Assembly (NCBI GenBank): GCA_050952125.1
Contig: JBMNKK010000003.1
Span: 111,408-175,407, forward strand
DNA from: Bacillota bacterium
Lineage (GTDB): Bacteria > Bacillota > Sulfobacillia > Fermentithermobacillales > Fermentithermobacillaceae
Direction of reading: 5' to 3'
Length of the DNA stretch: 64,000 nucleotides
Made by a program: the position numbers and the translations under genes
Shown: one piece after another, positions 38,931 to 48,006 of the stretch
How the letters are laid out: every line of letters begins with the position of its first letter
Position numbering within the stretch: position 1 is the first letter of the stretch
Notes under the pieces: generated by a model
What the model was told of the DNA's origin: nothing
What the model saw: the letters and a program-made list of their open reading frames with translations, nothing else
The model's database searches: none

Positions 38931-40577
38931 TTATTGGCCGCCGCCCTCGATCCACCAGAGTTCGGGGAACATGGCTCCGGCGTAGCCCCAGGTAACGCCC
39001 TTTACCTTCTTATGCATGCAAGCGGGGCTGCTGTTCGCATACAGGAAGATGTACGGGAGCTCTTCGTTCACGATCTTCTGGGCTTCCACGTAGATCTCTT
39101 TGCGCGCGGCCTGATCCATCTCTGTCCGGCCCAGTTCAAGGAGTTCGTCCAGCCTCTCGTTCTTGAACTCCACGTCGTTGAACCCAACCAGCTGGCCGTT
39201 TTCGTCTACGGCGGCGTCAGAGTGGAAGAACAGGTAGAAGTCAGGGTCTACTCCCAGGCTCCACGCCAGAGCGTAGGACTGGAACTTGGCCACATCGAGG
39301 TACTGCTCGCAGAGCACCGCCCACTCGATGTATTCCACAGTTACGTTGACGCCGAGTTCCTTCCAGTTTTGCTGGGTGATGAGCAGCGCTGCCTCAAGGA
39401 TCTTGTTTCCCGTTGAGGTTAGGAGCTTGACGTCCATCTTCTGGCCGTCCTTCTCGCGGATGCCATCGGCTCCAACCTTCCAGCCGGCCTGATCCAGGAG
39501 CTCCTTCGCTTTATCAGGGTTGTACTCATAAGGATTGAGTTGGTCGCCTGCATATGCCCAAGAGATCATCGAAATGTTGCCGTTCATGACCTCGCCATGG
39601 CCCATGAGCACGTCGTCAACGATCTGCCTGCGGTTGGTGCCGTACATGAGGGCCTGCCTTACGAGTTTGTCCTTGAAGATGGGGTCAGTCTGTTTCAGGC
39701 CGATGTAGGTGTATCCGTTCTGGGTGATAGGCTTAAACACGTGCGTATCGGAAAGGGCTTCCTGAATCCTTTCGACATCGTCAGGCGGAATCGCGCCCAT
39801 GTAGTCGATGTCGCCCTTCTCCAAAGCGGCAAGCATAACCTGGTTATCGCCGTAGAACTTCCAGATAACCTTCTGGATGTACGGGCCTTCGCCGAAGTAG
39901 TTCTCGTTGGCTTCCAGCATGAGGTACTGGCCCTTTTCCCACTCGCCGAACTTGTAGGGGCCGGTTCCTATGGGGTCCATATTCGCCGGGTTTTCCTTCA
40001 TCTTACCGATCTCGGTGGTTTCAAAGAGGTGCTTTGGTATGATCCCAATCACCAGTTTTGAGAGGATCGGCGCATAGGGCTTATCCAGGTGAAGCTCGAT
40101 TGTGTAGTCATCGGGAGCTGCTATCTCGGTGATGGGCCTGAAGTCTGTAGCCCTGATGCCCAGGTAATCGGGATGCTTTATGGCATCATAGGTGTACTTG
40201 ACGTCAGCCGACGTAAACTTGGTGCCGTCATGCCAGTAGACGTCATCTCTCAACTTGAACGTCCAGATTAGGCCGTCCTCGGTGACCGTCCATTCTCTGG
40301 CCAGGTCGCCAATGATCTCCATGTTCTCGTTGGCTCTCACGAGAGCGCTGTAGACCCTGGAGTTGATGGCGCCCGACGGGGTGTCAGTCGAGAGAATGGG
40401 GTTGAAGATAACCGGGTCGCCTGTCATCCCGAAAACAATTTGGCCTCCGGCGACAGGTTCATCTGAACCTCCGCCGTTTCCGCCTGTGGGGGGGGCCGGA
40501 GCCTTAGGTCCGCACGCGCCAAGGAGCAGCGTGAGGATCATGATTGAGGCAATGGCCGCAATGAAACTTTTTCGCAT
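38931..40577 (-). CDS. appA: peptide ABC substrate-binding lipoprotein (AppA-like)
   Basis: Lipobox LGAC; FNPILSTD, WHDG...ADVKYT, PIGTGPYKF, VRQAL; ATG40577 after GAGGAGG. Confidence 0.9.
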   Translation of the reverse strand: MRKSFIAAIASIMILTLLLGACGPKAPAPPTGGNGGGSDEPVAGGQIVFGMTGDPVIFNPILSTDTPSGAINSRVYSALVRANENMEIIGDLAREWTVTEDGLIWTFKLRDDVYWHDGTKFTSADVKYTYDAIKHPDYLGIRATDFRPITEIAAPDDYTIELHLDKPYAPILSKLVIGIIPKHLFETTEIGKMKENPANMDPIGTGPYKFGEWEKGQYLMLEANENYFGEGPYIQKVIWKFYGDNQVMLAALEKGDIDYMGAIPPDDVERIQEALSDTHVFKPITQNGYTYIGLKQTDPIFKDKLVRQALMYGTNRRQIVDDVLMGHGEVMNGNISMISWAYAGDQLNPYEYNPDKAKELLDQAGWKVGADGIREKDGQKMDVKLLTSTGNKILEAALLITQQNWKELGVNVTVEYIEWAVLCEQYLDVAKFQSYALAWSLGVDPDFYLFFHSDAAVDENGQLVGFNDVEFKNERLDELLELGRTEMDQAARKEIYVEAQKIVNEELPYIFLYANSSPACMHKKVKGVTWGYAGAMFPELWWIEGGGQ

Positions 40578-40920
40578 TGGGTTCCTCCTCTCAAAATGGT
40601 GCGCAGGGCATTTCAGTGAGTGTAGCACTTTCGCCCGATGATAGAAAGACTCATACAGACGTTTTTTTATTCGGCGGTCGGAGATGCCATTCCTTCTTGT
40701 GGAAAACACATGCAACACAGGATTTGAAGCAGAGGGCTAACAGCAGCGTCAGTTAGCTGATGAGGAGCGGGCTCCCTCCGAACGGGTGGTAGAAGCATAG
40801 TTGATCCCGCAGCATTCAGGAATGTATAAATATGTATCACTGCATGAGGCAAGCTGTCGCTACCTTATGATTTGTCAAAAGGTTCTGAATGACACGGGAA
40901 TAAACTTGCGGAATAGATAG

Positions 40921-40940
40921 GCCCGGGAGTACTCCCGGGC
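40921..40940. terminator. 20-bp perfect palindrome downstream of the MTase-GT4 gene
   Basis: GCCCGGGAGTACTCCCGGGC; on the minus strand followed by CTATCTATTCC. Confidence 0.6.
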
Positions 40941-40970
40941 TTCATCTCTCCTTCGAGTATTGTTTCCGAG

Positions 40971-42662
40971 CTAGGTGAGTGCAGCCTTCCGGCGATCTGA
41001 AGATCGCGCGTGCTCAGTTGCAGAGAACAAGCAGTCTTCGAGCGAGTCCACTGCTCTCCCGATTGTGAAATCCTGAGCTGTTGACAGCCCCGCGGCTGAC
41101 AGCGCCTCGCACGCGCCAGGGTTACTTAGCAGAAATGCGATTCCCTTCGCCAGAGAGTCTGCATCGCCGGGATCGCCCAGCAGCGCGTTTTCTCCCGCGC
41201 GCGCGTATGCCCGAATGCCGCCGCAGTCGGTTGCCACCACAGGCGTGCCGGAGGCCATGGCTTCGAGGGGGGGCATCGCGAAACCTTCGTACCATGATGT
41301 GAAGAGAAAGAGACCGGAGGTGCGGTATATTTCCGCGAGAATATCCTGGCTCGGCTTGACAATGAACTCAAGCGGGTATTCGGTCCCCCCTATTTGGGGC
41401 CGGTTCTGACATACCCATTTGACCCGGAAACGAAACCCTGCCTTCCAAACACGCCATAGCGCGCGCAAGGCCACCTGAAAACCTTTGAATCGTAGCATAG
41501 GGTTGCCGACCAGGAGAATTGTGTCCGGATCGCGGTGTTTTCCGGGGCGGAAAAGCTCGAGATCCACACCATTTGGAACGATCATGGCTTTACGCCCGTA
41601 CCTCGTATTTAGAATATCGGCTATCGTCGCAGAGGCAGCAGCGAGACAGCACGGTTGCGAATAACAGTGTTTGAGGTACTGACGATATGTCATCTCGTCG
41701 TACCTTCCCGTGAGCTCACCGAAAAGCCATTCGTTGCCCTGCTCCCAATAGACCACCGGAGGACGTGCTCGAACCAGATCCGGGAGCTGACCCATCCATC
41801 CGGCCATAACGACGTCGGAATCTTGTACATAGGGAGTAATGTCATCTTTTGCCGGTACCAGTACTTCCTTGTCAACTTTGACATCGTACCAATCGGGGAG
41901 TACGGGTCCCTCCGGCGGCGCTTTTCGTACTGCGACGATCCGGTGCCCGCGAGACTTCAGCTGCTTCATCTGCTCAAGCAGCATCTTGAGTCCGCCCGTT
42001 AGGTTTGTGTGGGGGATGACGTATGAAATCGTAAGGTGCCTTCGTTCGCTCTTATTCCGGACGGCCGCAGCCGCTTTGACGAAGTCATCCTGGCTATATG
42101 AGTGCTCCGGCACATGATCAGGCCATATCGTGATAATCTGTGCCCCGTTGTCTCCAAGGGGCAGTACCTGATAGGAGAAGTCGTGCTCTGCGAAGTCCAT
42201 CGGCCCCCAGCGGCTCCGGTGACACTCATACTCGTTACCGAGATACGCCTCTTGTTCCGAAGGATGCAAAGGTGTGGATATTACAAGGCATTTTCTCGAA
42301 TGAGACTTAAGTTCTCGGATGACGTCTAGCCCTTCCTCTTTTGTGAAGTGCTCTAGAACATCGACGAGAAGGACGACGTCGTAAGACGGGAGACCGTTCA
42401 GGACACCTGGGACTGCCCCGTAATAGACGTTGTCATACGCGTAGTCATGTATTGGATTCCGGTACTCCGGGAATGCCTCTACACCGTCAATTCGCACCGC
42501 CCAGGAGTCTCTCTCGTACCTGCCCAAGGAGATGTCAAGCGATTCCCTGAGCAGCATTCCGTACTTGCCGAAACCGATCCCGATGTCAAGGATAGTCTTG
42601 GGATTCTCTCTGCGGACTCTGCTTACGATCGACGGTATGGCCTCGTACCAACTTGCCGGCAT
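40971..42662 (-). CDS. class I SAM-dependent methyltransferase fused to GT4 glycosyltransferase
   Basis: ILDIGIGFGKYG, DGVE, DVLEH (MTase); PNGVD, KG, EGFAMPPLEAMASG (GT4 EX7E); likely ATG42662 after GGGGGGAG (alternative 42710). Confidence 0.88.
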   Translation of the reverse strand: MPASWYEAIPSIVSRVRRENPKTILDIGIGFGKYGMLLRESLDISLGRYERDSWAVRIDGVEAFPEYRNPIHDYAYDNVYYGAVPGVLNGLPSYDVVLLVDVLEHFTKEEGLDVIRELKSHSRKCLVISTPLHPSEQEAYLGNEYECHRSRWGPMDFAEHDFSYQVLPLGDNGAQIITIWPDHVPEHSYSQDDFVKAAAAVRNKSERRHLTISYVIPHTNLTGGLKMLLEQMKQLKSRGHRIVAVRKAPPEGPVLPDWYDVKVDKEVLVPAKDDITPYVQDSDVVMAGWMGQLPDLVRARPPVVYWEQGNEWLFGELTGRYDEMTYRQYLKHCYSQPCCLAAASATIADILNTRYGRKAMIVPNGVDLELFRPGKHRDPDTILLVGNPMLRFKGFQVALRALWRVWKAGFRFRVKWVCQNRPQIGGTEYPLEFIVKPSQDILAEIYRTSGLFLFTSWYEGFAMPPLEAMASGTPVVATDCGGIRAYARAGENALLGDPGDADSLAKGIAFLLSNPGACEALSAAGLSTAQDFTIGRAVDSLEDCLFSATEHARSSDRRKAALT

Positions 42663-42693
42663 TGTCTTCCATCTCCCCCCTGTTACGCTACCT

Positions 42694-42720
42694 ATATCGG
42701 AATCTCGCATAGGACTTTAA
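42694..42720 (-). promoter_or_regulatory. sigma28 (SigD/FliA) promoter for the MTase-GT4 gene
   Basis: Minus strand TTAA-N15-TCCGATAT, the same hexamers I recall for the B. subtilis hag promoter. Confidence 0.7.
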
Positions 42721-42723
42721 GCC

Positions 42724-42751
42724 TAAACCTGCGTTCTCGCTTTTCCGATAT
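42724..42751 (+). promoter_or_regulatory. sigma28 promoter for the GT2-TPR gene
   Basis: TAAA-N16-TCCGATAT, 36 nt upstream of ATG42788. Confidence 0.65.
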
Positions 42752-42787
42752 CAAGAGCGGCAGGTTGAATCGGGGGGAGTCCTAAGA

Positions 42788-45382
42788 ATGGAGCATACAA
42801 CTTGCGATGGCCACATCGCAGACTACGCTAGATCCGCCGCTTACGAGAAGGCTCTTACGAGTAGCGAGATCATCAAGGCCGTCACGCACTTCAGGCACTT
42901 CAGGGACAAAAAGTATCGCAAGACTTGGCTTTCGCGTGCCCGAGCGTGCGACAAGATCGGTAGAGCGCGCTTGTCAGTGGGGCGAGTTGCAGATGCATAC
43001 TGCGGCCGCCGCATTGTGTTTGTCGGCCCTGAGTTGGCGGGCAATGGACTTGCCGTTCCGGAGGCCGCGGTCTCCTTGGCACGCGATCTCAACGCTCTCG
43101 GGTGCACTGTGGATTTGGTCACGCGCGTCCTCCCCGAGTTTCTTCCTGCCGAGTTATTGGAGGTGGCAGGCGACGTACGGTTCGTTCGTCCGCTTCAGAC
43201 CTACTCGTCGGCCATTGAGGATGATGCTCCAACGGTCATCGCCTTCTGGCTCCCGCTTTCCATACAACTCTGCGGCGCAGGCATCCGGCATGTTTGTATC
43301 TGGGATGCCCGTAGCAGCCGGCTCGTTGACGGCGACGCTGTGAGCGGACTTGACGCGGCTCTCATCGCGCATCTTGCTCCTTTACCTGATGTCGTGCTGG
43401 GAGCATCTAAACTCCCCTCCTCCGGCCGCAAGGTATTCCCGCCGGATGCTGCCACGCTCTCCGACTTGGTTGAAGCAGCATATCCTCCGCCTCCGCACTT
43501 TCCGCAACTTCCAACCGTTTCTGCCTGCATGATCGCCAAAGATGAGGAAGGAATAATCGAGGGCTGCTTTCAATCCCTCGTTTCCTGCGTGGACCAGGTA
43601 GTGCTTAACGACACGGGTTCGACGGACCTCACCTTTGAGATCGCCGAGGCCTACGGGGCTGAAGTTATCCGGACGGAGTGGAAAGATGACTTCTCGGTCG
43701 CGAGGAACGCCAGCCTCGAAATGGCCAAGTGCGACTGGATTCTGGCTATAGATGCCGATGAGCGGATAGCAGAGGGGTCTCAGGTAAAGCTGAGGGAAGC
43801 CGCCTTATCCGAAATGGATGCCCATTTGGTGACTGTTGCTAACAGGGTTGACGCCAGCGTCAAGACGGTTCCTGTCCTCAGGCTGTTCCGAAACCGGCCC
43901 TATCATAGATTTGTAGGAGCGATTCACGAGCAGGTTGCGCCGAGTATAAAAGGGCGCGTAGGAGTCGCTCAAGTGGTTCTGGATCACATCGGATACGGGA
44001 AGGCAGTCAGCCAAGTCAAGTTGAAGAGAGGGCGCAATGTTGCCCTACTGCTGAAAGAACTCGGCCGGGTGAAATCGCCGCAAGATCCGACGTACCCATA
44101 CCTTGCCTATCAAGCGGGCGGCGAGCTGCTTCAGTCCGGGAGTCCGATAGAAGCTCTACCGTTGCTACGCCAAGCGGTTGAACTATCTGCTTCCGATGCG
44201 ATCTACCGGCCTTCGGCACTGCTCTCGCTGTGTCAAGCGCTGATCCGTTTGGGTCGCATTTCTGAAGCTGAGTTGTGTGCGATAAACGCCCTTGAGACGT
44301 ATCCCGGATTTCTAGATATCGCAGAAGTTGTTGCATCGGCCCTCCTAGACCACAATGAGCCGGAGCGTGCGGAAGACATTCTGAACAAAGCGTTGGCATC
44401 ACCCCCAAGTCCGATAGTACGGAAAACCGATGGGGCTGATACGTACCTTCTGAGCACACTGAGAGCTAGGATCTCCCTGGGATTGGGTGATGCCGATTCC
44501 GCACTCACCTACATACAGAACGCGTTGACCCAGAATCCTGACTATGGGGATGCTCAGAGGCTCCTAGCGCTGAATTGGCCCAGCCGAGTCCGAGATTGTC
44601 TCAGAAGCGTTGGAGCCACTACGGTTCTCCCAGCAGCCCAAATACTGATGGTCCGCAATATGATTGAGGCAGCGCACGAGGCTGCCGCCGCGATCGGCGA
44701 CCATAGCACCCTAGGTCTGATTTCGATTGTCATCAAGGATTTTGCTGCGGCTCGGGAACACTACGCAAAGTCGCGCGATCCTCGTGATAAGGACAAGGCG
44801 GCGATCTTGGAGCGGTGTGCTCTGCAGAGCGATTCTAGGGGCGATGCACGCGGCGATACTTACGAAACTCCTATCTCGCCTCTGGCCGCGAAGGTTCTTG
44901 CCGGCCAGCCCGTGAACTCGGGTGAAGTCGACGACTCCCTTCGAGTGCTCGAGTTCTTACTGGATATCGGACAGAAAGGCGTGTTCGCAACCGCCGTAGG
45001 CTGCCTCAGCGGGTTCCAGGCCGGTGAGATCCTTGCCGGGAGCCTTCTCTATCGGAAGGGGCTCATGGACGACGCCAGGGACTTCCTCGAGCGTAGGCAA
45101 TACGACGCCCCTGAGTGCCTGAAGATGTTGGGAGACATCGAGTACCTGACGAAACGGTACGAAAAGGCCGCTTACTACTACAGAGAGCTGTCCGGTCCAC
45201 GGCAACTGAGTCCGACCGAGTCCTTCAGGCTTGCCGACTCCTTATTGCGTCTAGGTGACATCAAAGCAGTAGCTGATGTCGTGCGAGAAGCGAGAACCCT
45301 CTACCCTGAAGACGGCAAACTGGAAAAGCTCGCAGAGATATTGCAGCGGAGCCCTTTGTTCAAGAACATCGCCATCGAGTAG
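42788..45382 (+). CDS. GT2 glycosyltransferase with TPR-like C-terminus (flagellin-glycosylation type) and N-terminal extension
   Basis: SACMIAKDEE, DTGSTD, WKDDFSVARN, IDADE (DxD), GAIHEQ, HIGY, RN; helical TPR-like repeats; GGGGGGAG RBS. Confidence 0.88.
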   Translation: MEHTTCDGHIADYARSAAYEKALTSSEIIKAVTHFRHFRDKKYRKTWLSRARACDKIGRARLSVGRVADAYCGRRIVFVGPELAGNGLAVPEAAVSLARDLNALGCTVDLVTRVLPEFLPAELLEVAGDVRFVRPLQTYSSAIEDDAPTVIAFWLPLSIQLCGAGIRHVCIWDARSSRLVDGDAVSGLDAALIAHLAPLPDVVLGASKLPSSGRKVFPPDAATLSDLVEAAYPPPPHFPQLPTVSACMIAKDEEGIIEGCFQSLVSCVDQVVLNDTGSTDLTFEIAEAYGAEVIRTEWKDDFSVARNASLEMAKCDWILAIDADERIAEGSQVKLREAALSEMDAHLVTVANRVDASVKTVPVLRLFRNRPYHRFVGAIHEQVAPSIKGRVGVAQVVLDHIGYGKAVSQVKLKRGRNVALLLKELGRVKSPQDPTYPYLAYQAGGELLQSGSPIEALPLLRQAVELSASDAIYRPSALLSLCQALIRLGRISEAELCAINALETYPGFLDIAEVVASALLDHNEPERAEDILNKALASPPSPIVRKTDGADTYLLSTLRARISLGLGDADSALTYIQNALTQNPDYGDAQRLLALNWPSRVRDCLRSVGATTVLPAAQILMVRNMIEAAHEAAAAIGDHSTLGLISIVIKDFAAAREHYAKSRDPRDKDKAAILERCALQSDSRGDARGDTYETPISPLAAKVLAGQPVNSGEVDDSLRVLEFLLDIGQKGVFATAVGCLSGFQAGEILAGSLLYRKGLMDDARDFLERRQYDAPECLKMLGDIEYLTKRYEKAAYYYRELSGPRQLSPTESFRLADSLLRLGDIKAVADVVREARTLYPEDGKLEKLAEILQRSPLFKNIAIE

Positions 45383-45438
45383 GCTTAGAGCACCCGGATC
45401 TGCTAAGCAATAGTGGGCCTTGCAGGTAGGCGCAAAGT

Positions 45439-45467
45439 GAGAGAGCCCGGGAAACCCCGGGCTCTCT
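45439..45467. terminator. hairpin between the convergent GT2-TPR and flagellin genes
   Basis: AGAGAGCCCGGG-AAAC-CCCGGGCTCTCT. Confidence 0.75.
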
Positions 45468-45498
45468 ATCATCTGTTGACTATCTGTGCCGATTGCGC

Positions 45499-46632
45499 TT
45501 AGCCTAGCAGCTTCAGAACCGACTGGGTCTGAACGTTGGCCTGGGCGAGCATCGCCGTGCCAGCCTGCTGCAGGATCTGGTGCCTTGTGAAGTTCGCCAT
45601 CTCGAGCGCCATGTCGACGTCTCTGATTCGGGACTCTGCAGCAGTCAAGTTCTCGTGGGCTGTCTGCAGGTTATTGATGGTATGCTCAAGCCTATTCTGA
45701 TAGGCACCGAGCGTGGAGCGCTGAGACGAGACTGTCGAGATAGCCTTGTCTATGGCCGCCAGGTTGGCATCAAATGAAGCGATATCGGTGACATCTACGT
45801 CTTGGATGCCAAGCTTCTCGGAGCTCATGCTCTGGATCCTGAATCCGAGGCTCTGCCCGGCTCCGCTGTTGGCGCCAATCTGGAGCTTGACGTCGCCTTC
45901 AACGACGTCGAACGTGTTGTTGCTCGACAGTCCGGACAAGTCCTTGGTGGTGGTGCCCTCATCCCCATCGTCGGTGACGGCGAAGGTGATACCGAACTTG
46001 TCGAACTCGATGGTGGTCCCTTCGGCCAACGTCAGCGTGGTTCCCACGTCTACCGTCTGGCTCAGGCCGCCTTGCGTCAGAGTTATCGTGGCGTCCGACG
46101 CATTTACAGTAACCGTGTAGTCGGTGCCGACCCAAGCGCCGCTCGTGTCTACTATGCTCAGTAGTGAGGTTGCGGATCCGTCGACGTTGGAATCAGCAGT
46201 GATCGTCGCACCAAGAGTACCGTTCAGGAGTTTCATACCGTTGAACTCGGTACGATCGCTGATACCGTCAATCTCCTTGACTAGCTCGTTGATCTCTTCC
46301 TGGATCTTCATCCGGTCCTCTTCGGTGTTGGTTCCGTTGCCAGCCTGGACCATGAGCTCTCTCATGCGCTGCAGGATCGAGTGGGTCTCGTTGAGAGCGC
46401 CTTCTGCAGTCTGGATAAGAGAAATGCCGTCCTGCGCGTTCCTCGCTGCCTGGTTCAGACCACGGGTCTGCGATCTCATCTTCTCAGAGATTGCGAGACC
46501 TGCGGCATCGTCAGCAGCCTTGTTGATCCGGTAACCTGAAGACAGCTTTTCGAGGGACTTGGACATCAATCCGCCCGTGACCGCGAGGTTCTTCCATGCG
46601 TTAAGGGCGCTGATGTTGGTGTTGATCCTCAC
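45499..46632 (-). CDS. fliC: flagellin
   Basis: MRINTNISAL, KLSSGYRINKAADDAAGLAISEKM, LGAYQNRLEH, AESRIRDVD, QAGTAMLAQAN. Confidence 0.97.
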   Translation of the reverse strand: MRINTNISALNAWKNLAVTGGLMSKSLEKLSSGYRINKAADDAAGLAISEKMRSQTRGLNQAARNAQDGISLIQTAEGALNETHSILQRMRELMVQAGNGTNTEEDRMKIQEEINELVKEIDGISDRTEFNGMKLLNGTLGATITADSNVDGSATSLLSIVDTSGAWVGTDYTVTVNASDATITLTQGGLSQTVDVGTTLTLAEGTTIEFDKFGITFAVTDDGDEGTTTKDLSGLSSNNTFDVVEGDVKLQIGANSGAGQSLGFRIQSMSSEKLGIQDVDVTDIASFDANLAAIDKAISTVSSQRSTLGAYQNRLEHTINNLQTAHENLTAAESRIRDVDMALEMANFTRHQILQQAGTAMLAQANVQTQSVLKLLG

Positions 46633-46639
46633 TTTTGAT

Positions 46640-46754
46640 ATACCTCCCTGTATCTGTCGCCCGCGTCCTTTGCAGGCCTAGTGGAGCTGTTCCTACTGCT
46701 CCGGGGCGCCGTCCGGCTTCTTGGGAACAGCCGTACTTCATCCTTGTTATCGAA
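46640..46754 (-). promoter_or_regulatory. flagellin 5' leader with CsrA-type GGA hairpins and sigma28 -10
   Basis: Minus strand: TTCGATAA (-10; weak -35), GCC-GGAC-GGC, CCTGC-AAAGGAC-GCGGG, ATAC-AGGGAG-GTAT over the RBS. Confidence 0.65.
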
Positions 46755-46794
46755 ACGCGATTGAGACGATACATAGCGGATATCAAAATGAGTC

Positions 46795-47982
46795 TCAAGT
46801 CCTAATGGCTTCGATAGACTCCACGCACTCTTTCACCAGGTCATCAACTGGAAGCGCCTGTTCAGCTTCCATAACCAGGTCTAGTCGCGGTTTGGTTACG
46901 GGATGTTTCGGCACGAACACAGTGCAGCAGTCTTCATACGGGAGGCATGAGACGTCGTAGGTTCCGATGCTTTCGGCGATCTTGACGATTTCGTTCTTAT
47001 CAAAGCATAGAAGCGGGCGAAGTACGGGGAGCCCTGCAACTTCCTCGATGACCGCCATGCTCTCTAGAGTTTGGCTGGCAACCTGGGCCAGGTTTTCGCC
47101 GGTGAAGATGGCCAGAGCGCCCACCTTCTTGCCTAACTCGGTCGCGACTCTCATCATCATTCGCCTCATGATCGTCACCCGGTACTTCTCCGGACAAAGC
47201 TCGATGATGGCTGTCTGGATTTTCGTGAAGTGCGCGATGTAGAGGTTCATCGATGGATTATATTCTCTGAGCATGCGCCAGAGCCGCACAACTTTATCTC
47301 TTGCCTTCTCACCCGTCATGGGGAAACTCCAGAAGTGCAGGGCGTCGAGCGCAACCCCGCGTTTCATTGCCATATACGCCGCCACAGGACTATCGATGCC
47401 TCCCGACAGCAGGACCATTCCTTTTCCCGAGGAACCGAGAGGAAGTCCTCCCATTCCCCTGGTTTCTCCCCAATAGATGTATGTCCCGTCGTGCCGTACC
47501 TCAATGGAAATCGTGAAGGATGGGCTGTGGACATCGACTGAGAGCCCAAGGCCGGCGTCAAGCACCGCGGCGCCCACTTCAACGCATATCTCCGGCGAGG
47601 TTACCGGGAACGACTTGAGCGAGCGGCGAGCCTCGATCTTAAAGGTGGGGGGTGCCGCAGCGTGCCCCACGTGAGCCGTCCTATCGCCAAGAGCCCTCCG
47701 GGCTGCTTCGATAGCACCTTCCTTGATGAGCTCAAGGTCGTTCTCAACCTTAAGGGCTGCGCTGGCGGCCACGACACCGGGTACTTTGGCCATTCGCGCC
47801 ATCAAGTCGCGACTCATCGGCATACCGTAGAGAAACATCCTGCCATAAGACCTCTGGAGTCTCGAGCCCGGGTACTCTCTCATGATGCTGCGTAAGTGGT
47901 CAACCAGGGCCCCTTCAAAGTCAGGGCGGTTCTTTCCCTTAAGGCTGATCTCACCGTATCTGACTAGCAGTACTTCCTCCAT
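46795..47982 (-). CDS. thiI: tRNA 4-thiouridine synthase (THUMP + PP-loop)
   Basis: RYGEISLKGKNR, LSGGIDSPVA, TGENLAQVASQT, PYEDCC. Confidence 0.95.
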   Translation of the reverse strand: MEEVLLVRYGEISLKGKNRPDFEGALVDHLRSIMREYPGSRLQRSYGRMFLYGMPMSRDLMARMAKVPGVVAASAALKVENDLELIKEGAIEAARRALGDRTAHVGHAAAPPTFKIEARRSLKSFPVTSPEICVEVGAAVLDAGLGLSVDVHSPSFTISIEVRHDGTYIYWGETRGMGGLPLGSSGKGMVLLSGGIDSPVAAYMAMKRGVALDALHFWSFPMTGEKARDKVVRLWRMLREYNPSMNLYIAHFTKIQTAIIELCPEKYRVTIMRRMMMRVATELGKKVGALAIFTGENLAQVASQTLESMAVIEEVAGLPVLRPLLCFDKNEIVKIAESIGTYDVSCLPYEDCCTVFVPKHPVTKPRLDLVMEAEQALPVDDLVKECVESIEAIRT

Positions 47983-48006
47983 GGCTCTTCCTCCGAGCGG
48001 TGTTTT

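Noticed and set aside
40868-40893. TTGACA and TTCAGAA upstream of appA as a sigA promoter or CodY box
   Set aside because: No -10 at 17 nt and about six mismatches to the CodY consensus
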